From Pelagibacterales bacterium SAG-MED30 (GTDB lineage Bacteria > Pseudomonadota > Alphaproteobacteria > Pelagibacterales > Pelagibacteraceae): DNA of 64,000 bases. Position numbers and translations under genes: made by a program. The stretch lies in assembly GCA_014653775.1 (NCBI GenBank), contig JACWEA010000003.1, forward strand, positions 603 through 64,602. Reading direction: 5' to 3'. Positions 1 through 9,646 of the stretch are shown piece by piece. The notes beneath the pieces are model-generated. The model was not told where the DNA came from. It did not search any database and worked only from the letters and a program-made list of their open reading frames with translations. The stretch's first letter is position 1. Every line of letters starts with the position of its first letter.

Positions 1-1
1 G

Positions 2-811
2 GATGATTTATATGATTTATTTTTAGATACAAAGAAACAATATTCATGTGCTTATTTTAAAAATGAAAATGATAGTTTAGAAGTGGCACAAAATAATAAG
101 ATTCAACACATAATAAAAAAGCTTAACATTCAACCAAATCAAAAAGTTTTGGATATTGGATGTGGATGGGGCTCATTAGCAATTGATATAGCTAAAAGTA
201 CAAAATGTGAAGTTACAGGAATTACACTGTCAGAAAATCAGTTTAATTATTGCAAACAGCAAGGAAAAGAAATGAATTTGGAAAATCAAGTTAAATTTAA
301 ATTAATGGATTACAGAGAGCTCAATGAAAAATTTGATAGAATAGTAAGTGTTGGAATGTTTGAACATGTAGGTAGAAAATTTTATAAAAAATTTTTTAAA
401 CAAATAGAAAATTTATTAAGAGATGATGGTATTTCTCTTATTCACACTATAGGATCTGTTAATCCACCAAGGGATCCACATCCATGGATAACAAAATATA
501 TTTTTCCTGGGGGCTATACACCAAGCTTAAGTGAGGTAACAAATCCAATAGAAAAAGCTGGCTTAATTGTTACTGATATTGAGGTTTTAAGAATGCATTA
601 CTCTCACACTCTTAGACACTGGAAAGAAAATTGTATTAGAAACAAGAAAAAGATTATTGAAATGTTTGATGAAAAATTTTTTAGAATGTGGGAATTTTAT
701 CTTACTGGATGTGAAATGGCATTTAAGTGGGGTGATCAAGTTGTTTATCAATTTCAACTTACCAAAAATTATACATCAACTCCTGCCACTAGAGACTATA
801 TTTATCAATAA
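2..811 (+). CDS. cfa: Cyclopropane-fatty-acyl-phospholipid synthase family methyltransferase (5' partial, starts before window)
   Basis: Frame is open from base 2 (DDLYDLFLDTKKQYSCAYF...). Motifs VLDIGCGWG, FDRIVSVGMFEHVG, WITKYIFPGG and FFRMWEFYL are typical of Cfa. Confidence 0.9.
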   Translation, partial: DDLYDLFLDTKKQYSCAYFKNENDSLEVAQNNKIQHIIKKLNIQPNQKVLDIGCGWGSLAIDIAKSTKCEVTGITLSENQFNYCKQQGKEMNLENQVKFKLMDYRELNEKFDRIVSVGMFEHVGRKFYKKFFKQIENLLRDDGISLIHTIGSVNPPRDPHPWITKYIFPGGYTPSLSEVTNPIEKAGLIVTDIEVLRMHYSHTLRHWKENCIRNKKKIIEMFDEKFFRMWEFYLTGCEMAFKWGDQVVYQFQLTKNYTSTPATRDYIYQ

Positions 812-840
812 ATTATTGATAGAAATAAGCCTCTTGAAAA

Positions 841-2037
841 ATGAAAAAAAAACAAAAAAAGTCTAAAAAATCTAAAAAAAATAAAAGATTAATTAAAAAA
901 AAATTACATTCAAAACGACTAAAAAAAACTTACAAAAAAATAAAAAAGATTTATAAAAAAAAATTTACCAAAACTAAGAAAAGAAAATTAAAAAATATTA
1001 AAAAACAATCTATTCATCGAAATATTAAGAAAACTCAAAATGAAAATTTAGTCTTAAAATTAGTTAAATTACAATTATCATTAAAACCCAAATTTAACTT
1101 TCAAATTAATTTTAAATTAGAAAAATATATTCAAGGATTTTTTGATAAAATTTCAGAAACAATTTCAAACTATAAAATTTTAAAAGAAAATGAAAAAAGA
1201 AGATTAAAATTAGAAAGGATTGAAAATGAAAGAAAGGCTAAAATTGCAATTGAAAAACAAAAGAAAGATGAAGAAATTTTAAAGGCAAGATTAAAAGAAC
1301 AGGCTTTAAAAGATGAAGTAAGATTAGAAAAACAAAGAACAAAAGACATAAAGTTATTTTTAAGAAAAGAACAGGCACTTTTAAGAATTGAACAAGCAGA
1401 AAAACAAAAACAGTTTTTAAAGCAATTAAGATTAGATAAACAAATAGAGAAGTTTAGGATTCGAGAAGTTAAAGAGTTAGAGAGACTTGAAAAAATTTCT
1501 TTAAGGGAGAAAAGAGAGGATTATTCTGGATTACAAGAAAGAATTGATAAGCTTAAAGAAAAATACCGAATTATCAGAGATCAAAAAATTAAAGAAAGAG
1601 TTGAAGCACTTGGGGTAAAACTTCAAGGAGATGAAGATAGAGAAACATTATTATTAAAAGAGAAAGAATATACATTAGCAAGACAAAAAATTGAATTTGC
1701 TTTAGAAAGTTTTTATAGAAGTGCAAGTAGTTTAGTATTTCAGTTAAATAAAAGACATGTTACTCGAAATATGTCTATCTTTCGTTGTATTGACAGAAGG
1801 TTTGAGACAGGTGAGATTTTTATTAGATGGGATGAATCCGAAGATGCAGATTGGCTGCTTCTAATTTACATAAAAAATAATTCACCAGATGAAGGTATTG
1901 TAATAGAAGATAAAACAAATCCAGAAAAAAATCTTTCACATGAATTTAGGAGCTCAGATATATTTAAAGCCTCAGACACAATGGTTGATTCCTTAACCCA
2001 ACTTATTGCTAGGAAAAGAGACAAAAATAGTAATTAA
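841..2037 (+). CDS. Hypothetical protein: Lys-rich N-terminal tail, long charged coiled coil, globular C-terminal domain
   Basis: 398-aa ORF. First ~65 aa are mostly K/R, the middle is E/K/R/Q heptad-like, and the C-terminal ~110 aa have mixed composition. No family recognised. Confidence 0.75.
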   Translation: MKKKQKKSKKSKKNKRLIKKKLHSKRLKKTYKKIKKIYKKKFTKTKKRKLKNIKKQSIHRNIKKTQNENLVLKLVKLQLSLKPKFNFQINFKLEKYIQGFFDKISETISNYKILKENEKRRLKLERIENERKAKIAIEKQKKDEEILKARLKEQALKDEVRLEKQRTKDIKLFLRKEQALLRIEQAEKQKQFLKQLRLDKQIEKFRIREVKELERLEKISLREKREDYSGLQERIDKLKEKYRIIRDQKIKERVEALGVKLQGDEDRETLLLKEKEYTLARQKIEFALESFYRSASSLVFQLNKRHVTRNMSIFRCIDRRFETGEIFIRWDESEDADWLLLIYIKNNSPDEGIVIEDKTNPEKNLSHEFRSSDIFKASDTMVDSLTQLIARKRDKNSN

Positions 2038-2066
2038 TATTTTTTTTTTAATAGGTATTATCTTGA

Positions 2067-2360
2067 ATGATTTTAGGCACTGCTTTTCTTATAATTCTTT
2101 ACTTAATTTTAAAATATGTTCTTGCATGGATAGAATATTATAACAATCTAGATACTAGACTAGGAGATAGCACTTGGCGATTTAGTTACGATTACCCTGT
2201 CATCGGTAAGAGAGATATTTCTGATTTAGACGATAAAGATTTTGTAAGATTAAGAAGAAAAAAAAATAAAATTGTTTTATTTATGTATTCGATAATTCTT
2301 GTTATGTTTATATCTTCAATGTCTTTATTAAGTAAATTCTTATTATTTTTTTTTAATTAA
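2067..2360 (+). CDS. Small hypothetical membrane protein (2 TM)
   Basis: 97-aa ORF with hydrophobic N- and C-terminal segments flanking a polar loop. Confidence 0.6.
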   Translation: MILGTAFLIILYLILKYVLAWIEYYNNLDTRLGDSTWRFSYDYPVIGKRDISDLDDKDFVRLRRKKNKIVLFMYSIILVMFISSMSLLSKFLLFFFN

Positions 2361-2704
2361 TTTTTTAATTGTTTTTTATTTTTTAAATAAAGAAAAAACG
2401 CTACTATTTCGTATCCGAAAGAAAATAAATTAAAAATTATAGGCAATTTAAAAAAATTGTACAAAAATTTATATTTTGGGATTTTTTTCCACAATACTAA
2501 AAATGCTTCTGCACCTTGAATAACCTTTTTACCTTCTTTAACATGAAGTCTTCGTAATAGTTCTTTACTATTTTTAGAGGTTTCTATTTCAGCTAAGTTA
2601 TTGTTTGTTATATCTACCCAATCAATCTCATGAATTTTTTCTTTTTTATATAAATCAATTTCTGCTTTACAAATTTTACAGGAATTATTGAAATAAACTT
2701 TCAT
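2357..2704 (-). CDS. DCC1-like thiol-disulfide oxidoreductase (DUF393 family)
   Basis: N-terminal VYFNNSCKIC (CxxC), RLHV...GAEAF..LW pattern. Confidence 0.8.
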   Translation of the reverse strand: MKVYFNNSCKICKAEIDLYKKEKIHEIDWVDITNNNLAEIETSKNSKELLRRLHVKEGKKVIQGAEAFLVLWKKIPKYKFLYNFFKLPIIFNLFSFGYEIVAFFLYLKNKKQLKN

Positions 2705-2759
2705 AATAAACTAATAATTACTCACTAACTCAAGATATGTACATGCGTAAAATACTCTA

Positions 2760-2787
2760 GTTGAAAATTATCTCAAACAGCCTATGT
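2760..2787 (+). promoter_or_regulatory. Possible RpoH (sigma32)-type promoter of tldD-pmbA
   Basis: GTTGAA-N15-CCTATGT ending 10 nt before the tldD ATG. Resembles alphaproteobacterial CTTGAA-N15/16-CCTATAT. Confidence 0.4.
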
Positions 2788-2797
2788 ATAGCTAATC

Positions 2798-4210
2798 ATG
2801 AGTAATTTCTTTGAAAAATCTGACTTATCTAGAAATAATGCAGAAAATATAATTTCGGACACATTAAAAAAATGTGATGATGGTGAATTATATTTAGAAA
2901 ACTCTAAATCAGAGAATATTTTATTAGATGATAATAGAATAAAAAACTCTAGCTATAGCTCTGACTTAGGATTTGGGTTTAGAGCTGTATCAGATGAAAT
3001 TGTTGCCTACTCTCATTCTAACGAGATATCTAAAAATTCATTAAAACAATCTTCAGAGAATTTAAAATCTACATTAAAATCTGCTAAAGGTACCTATAAT
3101 CATTCTATTAGTAAATCTAATAAAAAGTATTATGAAAATATTAATCCAATAGAACAAAAAACACTTAGTGCTAAAATAGAAATATTAAATAAAGTTAATG
3201 AATATCTTCGATCAAAAGACAATAATGTTAAACAGGTAACAGCTAATTTTAACGGAGAACAAAAGTCTATAGAGATAATTAGATCTGGTGGAGAAACTCT
3301 ATCAGATGTACGCCCTTTAATTAGGTTTAATGTATCTGTTTTACTTGAGAAGAATGGAAGAAAAGAGTCTGGTGTATATGGAATTGGTGGTAGACAATCT
3401 TATGATTCTTATTTGAAAGAGGATAATTGGAAAAATGTTTGTGATGAAGCTTTAAGAATAGCTTCAGTGAATTTAGAGAGTAAACCAGCACCTGCAGGTG
3501 AAATGAAAGTTGTTTTAGGCCCTGGTTGGCCAGCAATTTTAATTCATGAAGCTATAGGACATGGTTTAGAGGGAGATTTCAATAGAAAAAAAACTTCTGC
3601 ATTTCATGATCTGATGGGGCAAAAGGTTGCCAGCGAAGGAGTTACTATAGTCGATGATGGAACCATAGATAATAGAAGAGGAAGTTTAACAATTGATGAT
3701 GAAGGAACACCAACAGAAAAAACTGTATTGATTGAAAATGGAATTTTAAAAAATTTTATGCAAGATAGATTAAATGCTAGGTTGATGAATACTAGATCAA
3801 CAGGTAGTGGTAGAAGAGAAAATTATAGACACATTGTTTTGCCTCGAATGAGAAATACTATGATGTTGAATGGTAAACAAACTCAAGATGAAATGATTAA
3901 ATCTGTAGACAAAGGTATTTTCGCAGTAAGCTTTGGTGGAGGGCAAGTTGATATTACTTCAGGAAAATTTGTATTTAATTGTACAGAAGCATATGAAATC
4001 ATTAATGGTAAAATTGGATCACCTATTAAAGGAGCTACACTCATAGGCGATGGTCCTTCAATTTTGAAAGAGGTTTCAATGGTAGGTAATGATATGATGT
4101 TAGATCCTGGTATTGGAACCTGTGGCAAGGCTGGTCAAGGTGTTCCCGTTGGAGTCGCTCAACCCTCAATTTTAATAGATAAAATGACTGTTGGCGGCAC
4201 AAAATTATAA
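2798..4210 (+). CDS. tldD: Metalloprotease TldD
   Basis: HEAIGHGLEGDFNRK zinc motif, PRMRNT, GGGQVDITSGKF, GTCGKAGQGVPVG. Confidence 0.95.
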   Translation: MSNFFEKSDLSRNNAENIISDTLKKCDDGELYLENSKSENILLDDNRIKNSSYSSDLGFGFRAVSDEIVAYSHSNEISKNSLKQSSENLKSTLKSAKGTYNHSISKSNKKYYENINPIEQKTLSAKIEILNKVNEYLRSKDNNVKQVTANFNGEQKSIEIIRSGGETLSDVRPLIRFNVSVLLEKNGRKESGVYGIGGRQSYDSYLKEDNWKNVCDEALRIASVNLESKPAPAGEMKVVLGPGWPAILIHEAIGHGLEGDFNRKKTSAFHDLMGQKVASEGVTIVDDGTIDNRRGSLTIDDEGTPTEKTVLIENGILKNFMQDRLNARLMNTRSTGSGRRENYRHIVLPRMRNTMMLNGKQTQDEMIKSVDKGIFAVSFGGGQVDITSGKFVFNCTEAYEIINGKIGSPIKGATLIGDGPSILKEVSMVGNDMMLDPGIGTCGKAGQGVPVGVAQPSILIDKMTVGGTKL

Positions 4211-5527
4211 ATGGTTAAAGATCAAGAATATTTAACAAAAAAAGCATCTTACTGTTTAGATTTAGCAAAAAAATTAGGAGCTACAAATATCAGTGTAATG
4301 GTAGGCAACTCAATTTCTGAGACTGTAAACTTTAGAAATAAAAAGTTAGACGAATCTAATAGATCAGATAGTTTAGGTATAAGCATTACAACTTATATAG
4401 GTAAAAAAAAATCATCTATATCCTCTTCGAATTTGTTAAAAGATAACCTAAATATCTTAATTAAAAAATGTATTGAAACTACAAAAAATACTCCTGAGGA
4501 TGAATTTAATTCACTTCCAGACAAGGATTTACTTGCTCAAGAAGCCAGAGACTTAAATATATATGACGAGACGCATATAGAAAATGATAATAAAATTGAA
4601 TATTTAAATAAATTAGAAGCGTCCGCTTCTAATGACAAAAAAATAGTTAATACAGAGTCTAGTTTCACAGAAGACAAATCGAATTTTATTCTTGCTAATA
4701 GTGATGGTTTTTGTGATGGTTATAAATCTTCTTCATTTAGCGCATCAAGTGTAGCTGTTGCTAAAGACGATAAAAGCATGGAGCGAGATTATGAATATAC
4801 CCACAAATGTCATCTTAATGACATACAGAATCCAGATGAATTAGGAAAAATAGCTGCAGAACAAGCAATTAGAAAATTAAGTCCAAAAAAAATAGGAAGT
4901 GAAAAAGTTGCTATAATTTTTGATAAAAGGATTGCAAAAGGAATGTTAAATACTTTTGCTAGCGCTATTTCATCTTCTGCTATTTCAAGAGGAACCTCAT
5001 TTTTAAAAGATAAAATCAACCAAAAAATATTTTCAGATAAAATAAATATACTTGATAAACCAGATATATTAAAAGGTTTAGGCTCTAAGAACTTTGACTC
5101 AGAAGGAGTTAAAATAGATACATTAAATTTGGTAGAGCAAGGCGTTTTAAAACATTATTTGATAGATACATATAATGGAAAAAAATTAAATCTTAAATCA
5201 AATGGAAGATGTGGAGGAACAAGTAATCTTTATTTTGATAAAGGAAATGTTCCTTATAAAGATCTTTTAAATCACAGTTCAAAAAGTCTTTACATAACAG
5301 AAACTATAGGTCACGGAAGCAACATTATTACAGGAGATTATTCTGTTGGTGCAACTGGTTTTTTAATTGAAAATGGTGAATTTAAATATCCCATTAGTGA
5401 AATTACGATAGCTGGAAATTTTAAAGATATGTTTCAAAATATAACTTTAGCGAATGATTTAGAATTTAAATATTCAACAAATTCTCCAACAATGATGATT
5501 GAGGGAATGATTGTTGCTGGCAAGTAA
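4211..5527 (+). CDS. pmbA: PmbA/TldE, partner of TldD
   Basis: Abuts tldD. MERDYEY, FDSEG, TGDYSVGATGF and EITIAGN motifs; lacks HExxxH as expected. Confidence 0.92.
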   Translation: MVKDQEYLTKKASYCLDLAKKLGATNISVMVGNSISETVNFRNKKLDESNRSDSLGISITTYIGKKKSSISSSNLLKDNLNILIKKCIETTKNTPEDEFNSLPDKDLLAQEARDLNIYDETHIENDNKIEYLNKLEASASNDKKIVNTESSFTEDKSNFILANSDGFCDGYKSSSFSASSVAVAKDDKSMERDYEYTHKCHLNDIQNPDELGKIAAEQAIRKLSPKKIGSEKVAIIFDKRIAKGMLNTFASAISSSAISRGTSFLKDKINQKIFSDKINILDKPDILKGLGSKNFDSEGVKIDTLNLVEQGVLKHYLIDTYNGKKLNLKSNGRCGGTSNLYFDKGNVPYKDLLNHSSKSLYITETIGHGSNIITGDYSVGATGFLIENGEFKYPISEITIAGNFKDMFQNITLANDLEFKYSTNSPTMMIEGMIVAGK

Positions 5528-5533
5528 TTAAAA

Positions 5534-6214
5534 CTACTCAACATTTTTCAGGCGATATTCCCAATTACCCATTCTTGAGTATGTTACTCTTATAATTCTA
5601 AAATTTTCTTGATCATACCAGATATTAAAATCAAGTCTTTTATCTTTAGGTAAAGACATGTCTTTTGATTTCAAAGTAAAATGATTAACTGTATAAGTTT
5701 TTCCATACTGATTAATTTTTTCTTTACCTACTAAAGTAACAACCTGTTCTTTAATACTTCCTGAAATTGGGCTGATCTGACTATCTGATTGTAAAATTTT
5801 ATGATTCCACCAGTTTCCAATAACATTGTCAATTGATGCTTCTCCATTATATGAAGAACCATTTATATTAAATATATTTTTTTTTTTATCAAAAACTAGC
5901 TTAACAAATTTTTTTTTATTATTTTGTAAAGTTTTTGAGACATAAGAAATCAATTGATCATTAAGATATTTTTCTTCTCCATATCCTTCAACTTGAAAAA
6001 TAGTTGTTCCTAAAAGTTTTACAGAAAAATTGATTTGATTAGTTACAGTTGTTTTATTGCCTTTTTTAGTAAAAAAATAATAGTTATAACCAATTAATTC
6101 TCCATTTCTAAAAATTTCCATTTCAATTTTATTATATTTGTTATAGTGAGTCATATTAGCCTTTGAAATAGACGAAAAGATTATAAGAAATAAAACGACT
6201 ATAGATTTTTTCAT
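5534..6214 (-). CDS. Secreted/periplasmic beta-rich protein (DUF6134-like)
   Basis: Signal peptide, IFRNGELIG, NWWNHKIL, WYD pattern. Confidence 0.6.
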   Translation of the reverse strand: MKKSIVVLFLIIFSSISKANMTHYNKYNKIEMEIFRNGELIGYNYYFFTKKGNKTTVTNQINFSVKLLGTTIFQVEGYGEEKYLNDQLISYVSKTLQNNKKKFVKLVFDKKKNIFNINGSSYNGEASIDNVIGNWWNHKILQSDSQISPISGSIKEQVVTLVGKEKINQYGKTYTVNHFTLKSKDMSLPKDKRLDFNIWYDQENFRIIRVTYSRMGNWEYRLKNVE

Positions 6215-6266
6215 TTGGAAGATACATTATTAGACTTTATCAATAATAGAAATATCTTATTAAAAA

Positions 6267-6914
6267 ATGTTTTTAAAAATAAAGAAAATACCAAAAGTAA
6301 ATTGGAGTTCAGAAAAGCCTTATAATTTTAAACCAAAATTTTCTACTTTCTTTTTTTTATGTTTTGGCTTGACTTTGTTTGGCTTAGGAGAGGGATTGTT
6401 AATTGTCTCATTTACAGGAGCATCTCCATGGAGTGTTTTAGCTCAAGGTATTTCTCTAAATGTAAATTTAAGCATTGGAATGATCACATTTTTGATTAGT
6501 GTAACCGTTTTAATTTTATGGATTCCATTGGGTCAAAAACCTGGAGTCGGAACTATATTTAATGCATTGATAATTGCTTTAATGATTGATCTTTGTATTA
6601 AATTTGTACCGACACCTTCAAATAATATTCATCAAATAGTTTTAGCAGTTATATCAGTAATAATAGTTGGAATTGGAGGGGGCATTTATTTAGTTTCTAA
6701 TTTAGGAGCAGGACCAAGAGATGGCCTAATGATTGGTCTACAACAAATAACAAATTTACCTATAGCAGTAGTGAGAGCAATTTTAGAAATTTCAGTTGTT
6801 AGTATTGGATGGTATTTAGGTGGTAAAGTTGGAATTGGAACTTTATTATTTGCTTTTGGAATAGGTCCATGCGTTGCTCTAGGATTATATTTAGTTGATA
6901 AAATTTTTGATTAG
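6267..6914 (+). CDS. YczE/YitT-family integral membrane protein
   Basis: GASPWSVLAQG, LGAGPRDGLM, GGKVGIGT motifs, multiple TM segments. Confidence 0.85.
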   Translation: MFLKIKKIPKVNWSSEKPYNFKPKFSTFFFLCFGLTLFGLGEGLLIVSFTGASPWSVLAQGISLNVNLSIGMITFLISVTVLILWIPLGQKPGVGTIFNALIIALMIDLCIKFVPTPSNNIHQIVLAVISVIIVGIGGGIYLVSNLGAGPRDGLMIGLQQITNLPIAVVRAILEISVVSIGWYLGGKVGIGTLLFAFGIGPCVALGLYLVDKIFD

Positions 6915-8737
6915 GCGGCAGCCCCTGATTTTTCGCTTCTTTTTCTCTCATGGGGATCAAGAATAGCCTTTCTTAATCTGCAAGATTCTGGTGTAATTTC
7001 AAGCGCTTCATCTGTATTCAAAATACTTAATTGTTCAGCAATTGACATTTTTCTAACTGGAGTAAGAACAACGTTTTCATCAGTGCCTTGAGTTCTCATG
7101 TTAGTTAATTTTTTTCCTTTCATGACATTAATAATCATATCACCAGGTTTTGGAGATAAACCAACAATCATACCAGGATAAACTGGATCATTATGAGTAA
7201 TAAACATTTCACCTCTAGCCTGTAAATTAAATATTGCGAATGCTACAGCCTTACCTTTTTCCATAGAAATCAAAGCACCATTTTTTCTTCCCTCCATTTC
7301 ACCTTCAAAAGGACCATATTCATAAAAAATTTTATTTATTACACCGTTCCCTTTTGTAAATGTTAGAAATCTACTTGTGTACCCCATCAAACCTCTTGTT
7401 GGGGCATGAAAAATTAATCGTTTTTTATTTTTACCAGTGTCTTTTAATTCGATTAATTTCCCTTTTCTTTTATTCATGGAGTCAATTATTTTTGAAGAGT
7501 ACTCTTCATCTATATCCATAGTAATTTCTTCTATTGGTTCTAGCTTATTTCCATTTTTATCTTTCTTATATAAAACTTTGGGAGGGCTTACTGTCATTTC
7601 AAAGCCTTCTCTTCTCATTTGGGTAAGTAAAATTTCCAACATTAATTCACCTCGGCCACTAACTACGAAAGAGTCGTTTCCTTCATTTCCTTTGAATGTA
7701 ATACCTACATTATTTTGAGCTTCTTGAAATAATCTATCCCTAATTTGTGTGCTCGTTAATTTTTTCCCTTCGGTACCAGCTAAAGGGGAAGTATTGACAG
7801 TAATTGTAATTGACATAGTAGGAGGATCTATAGGCGTAGCTTCAATTGGTTCATTTACTTCAAGACCACAAATAGTGTCAGCAACATTAGCTTTTTCTAA
7901 TCCGGCAACTACAACAATATCTCCTGCTTCACCAACTTCAATTGGAACTTTTTTTGTTCCTTCATATCTAAAAATTTTTGTAAGTCTTCCTTCATCAACT
8001 TTTTCACCTTTTAGGTTGATTGCCTTAATTGTCTGATTGGCTTTTGCAGTTCCTTGAGCTATTTTTCCAACTAAACTTCTACCTAAAAAACTATCAGCAT
8101 AAAGAAGAGTAGAAAGCATAGCAAAAGGTTTTGTTTTATCTAACTCAGCTGGTTTTACATGATCAATAATTTGATCTAGCAAAGGGTTTAAATTTTTTCT
8201 TTTACCATCAACTTCTTTATCAGCCCATCCTGATCTTCCACTAGCATATAAAACTGGAAAATCTAATTGTTCTTCATTAGCCTCTAAACTCACAAATAAA
8301 TCAAAAGTTTCATCTAAAACTTCGTTTGCTCTCTGATCAGTTTTATCTAATTTATTGATTACAACAATTGGTTTTAAACCTTGTTTCAAAGCTTTAGCTA
8401 AAACAAATTTTGTTTGAGGCATTACTCCTTCAACAGAGTCTATTAACAAAAGAGCTCCATCAGCCATACTTAAAACTCTTTCTACTTCTGCAGCAAAATC
8501 TCTGTGACCCGGGGTATCTATAATGTTAATTCTAGAATTTTTCCAATTTATTGAGGCAGGTTTAGCTAAAATTGTTATACCTCTCTCTTTCTCTAGCTCT
8601 CCAGAGTCCATTAGTCTTTCATCTACAACTTCATTTTCTCTGAATGAACCACTTTGTTTCATTAAGTTATCTATTAAAGTTGTTTTGCCATGGTCAACAT
8701 GGGCTATAATTGTGATATTTCTTATATCTTTATTCAT
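6911..8737 (-). CDS. typA: Translational GTPase TypA/BipA
   Basis: AHVDHGKTT, ERGITILAK, DTPGH, NKLD, GRGEL, KKLTNMR. Confidence 0.97.
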   Translation of the reverse strand: MNKDIRNITIIAHVDHGKTTLIDNLMKQSGSFRENEVVDERLMDSGELEKERGITILAKPASINWKNSRINIIDTPGHRDFAAEVERVLSMADGALLLIDSVEGVMPQTKFVLAKALKQGLKPIVVINKLDKTDQRANEVLDETFDLFVSLEANEEQLDFPVLYASGRSGWADKEVDGKRKNLNPLLDQIIDHVKPAELDKTKPFAMLSTLLYADSFLGRSLVGKIAQGTAKANQTIKAINLKGEKVDEGRLTKIFRYEGTKKVPIEVGEAGDIVVVAGLEKANVADTICGLEVNEPIEATPIDPPTMSITITVNTSPLAGTEGKKLTSTQIRDRLFQEAQNNVGITFKGNEGNDSFVVSGRGELMLEILLTQMRREGFEMTVSPPKVLYKKDKNGNKLEPIEEITMDIDEEYSSKIIDSMNKRKGKLIELKDTGKNKKRLIFHAPTRGLMGYTSRFLTFTKGNGVINKIFYEYGPFEGEMEGRKNGALISMEKGKAVAFAIFNLQARGEMFITHNDPVYPGMIVGLSPKPGDMIINVMKGKKLTNMRTQGTDENVVLTPVRKMSIAEQLSILNTDEALEITPESCRLRKAILDPHERKRSEKSGAAA

Positions 8738-8823
8738 AAATTCTGGCTCTTATACATTAATTTTTTTTTTTGAAAACTTTAAAAAAGCTAAATAAATATT
8801 AAGAATTTGTAAAAATTTTGTTT

Positions 8824-8940
8824 TTATTTTGTTTTTTTTGCCTTTTCTTTTTTTAATCTTCTTTTTTCTTTAAGGCTTAATTTTGGTTTTTTATTTACAC
8901 TTGAATCTTTAAAAGATTTTCCACTATATCTTTTAGACAT
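8824..8940 (-). CDS. Small highly basic protein (38 aa), not in the supplied ORF track
   Basis: Translated by hand: MSKRYSGKSFKDSSVNKKPKLSLKEKRRLKKEKAKKTK*. Fills an otherwise ~300-bp gap in a tightly packed region, co-oriented with and upstream of typA. Confidence 0.55.
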   Translation of the reverse strand: MSKRYSGKSFKDSSVNKKPKLSLKEKRRLKKEKAKKTK

Positions 8941-9040
8941 ATTTATATTTAAGTATTTTAAATTAAATTTAATTATCTATTTTTGATATTATAAAATTAC
9001 TTGAATATTTGAAAGAAATCTTTAAAAGGCTAATAATTTC

Positions 9041-9646
9041 ATGAAAAAAATAAAAAAAATTATCTTTATAAGACACGGAAAAGCAGCAATGGCTGGTCAA
9101 GATCATGAAAGAGAATTAGATGAAGATGGAATTATACAAGCTGGTTCTTTGAAAAAAAAATTAATTGGTTTAGGTTTACAAAATACCAAAATTTATAGCA
9201 GTCCATTTAAGAGAGCTGTTCAAACTATTGAACCATTTTTAACAGAAACAAGTGATAATAAAGCAATTACTACTTCTGATTTAGAAGAAATACATATGCC
9301 AAAAGATGATAAATTAACTAAGCATCAAATTATAGAAAAAATGTGGGAGGACGAGTCTTTTAAAGTTGGAAATGGCATTTCACATTTAGATCATTTCAAT
9401 AAAATCAAACCTTTTCTTGATGAAATTTTTGAAAAATTTAAAAGTGGAAATGAAGATATAATAGTGATTACACATGGAGTATTAATTGGTATTATACTTA
9501 AGTTTTTCTTTAAAATAAAATTTGGTTTTAATGATTGGAAAAAAATGACAATGCCGGATATATACATGCTTAATTATGATGCAGATAATAATTTTATTGA
9601 AATGAAAAGAGACAATAATAATATAGAAAGGATATTTTCAATATAA
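9041..9646 (+). CDS. Histidine phosphatase (phosphoglycerate mutase-like) family protein
   Basis: IRHG motif, SSPFKRAVQT, LEE, VITHG. Confidence 0.88.
   Translation: MKKIKKIIFIRHGKAAMAGQDHERELDEDGIIQAGSLKKKLIGLGLQNTKIYSSPFKRAVQTIEPFLTETSDNKAITTSDLEEIHMPKDDKLTKHQIIEKMWEDESFKVGNGISHLDHFNKIKPFLDEIFEKFKSGNEDIIVITHGVLIGIILKFFFKIKFGFNDWKKMTMPDIYMLNYDADNNFIEMKRDNNNIERIFSI

Noticed and set aside
2798-6214. TldD/PmbA as part of a RiPP (microcin-like) cluster
   Set aside because: No precursor peptide, YcaO or other modifying enzyme or exporter nearby; most simply the housekeeping pair.
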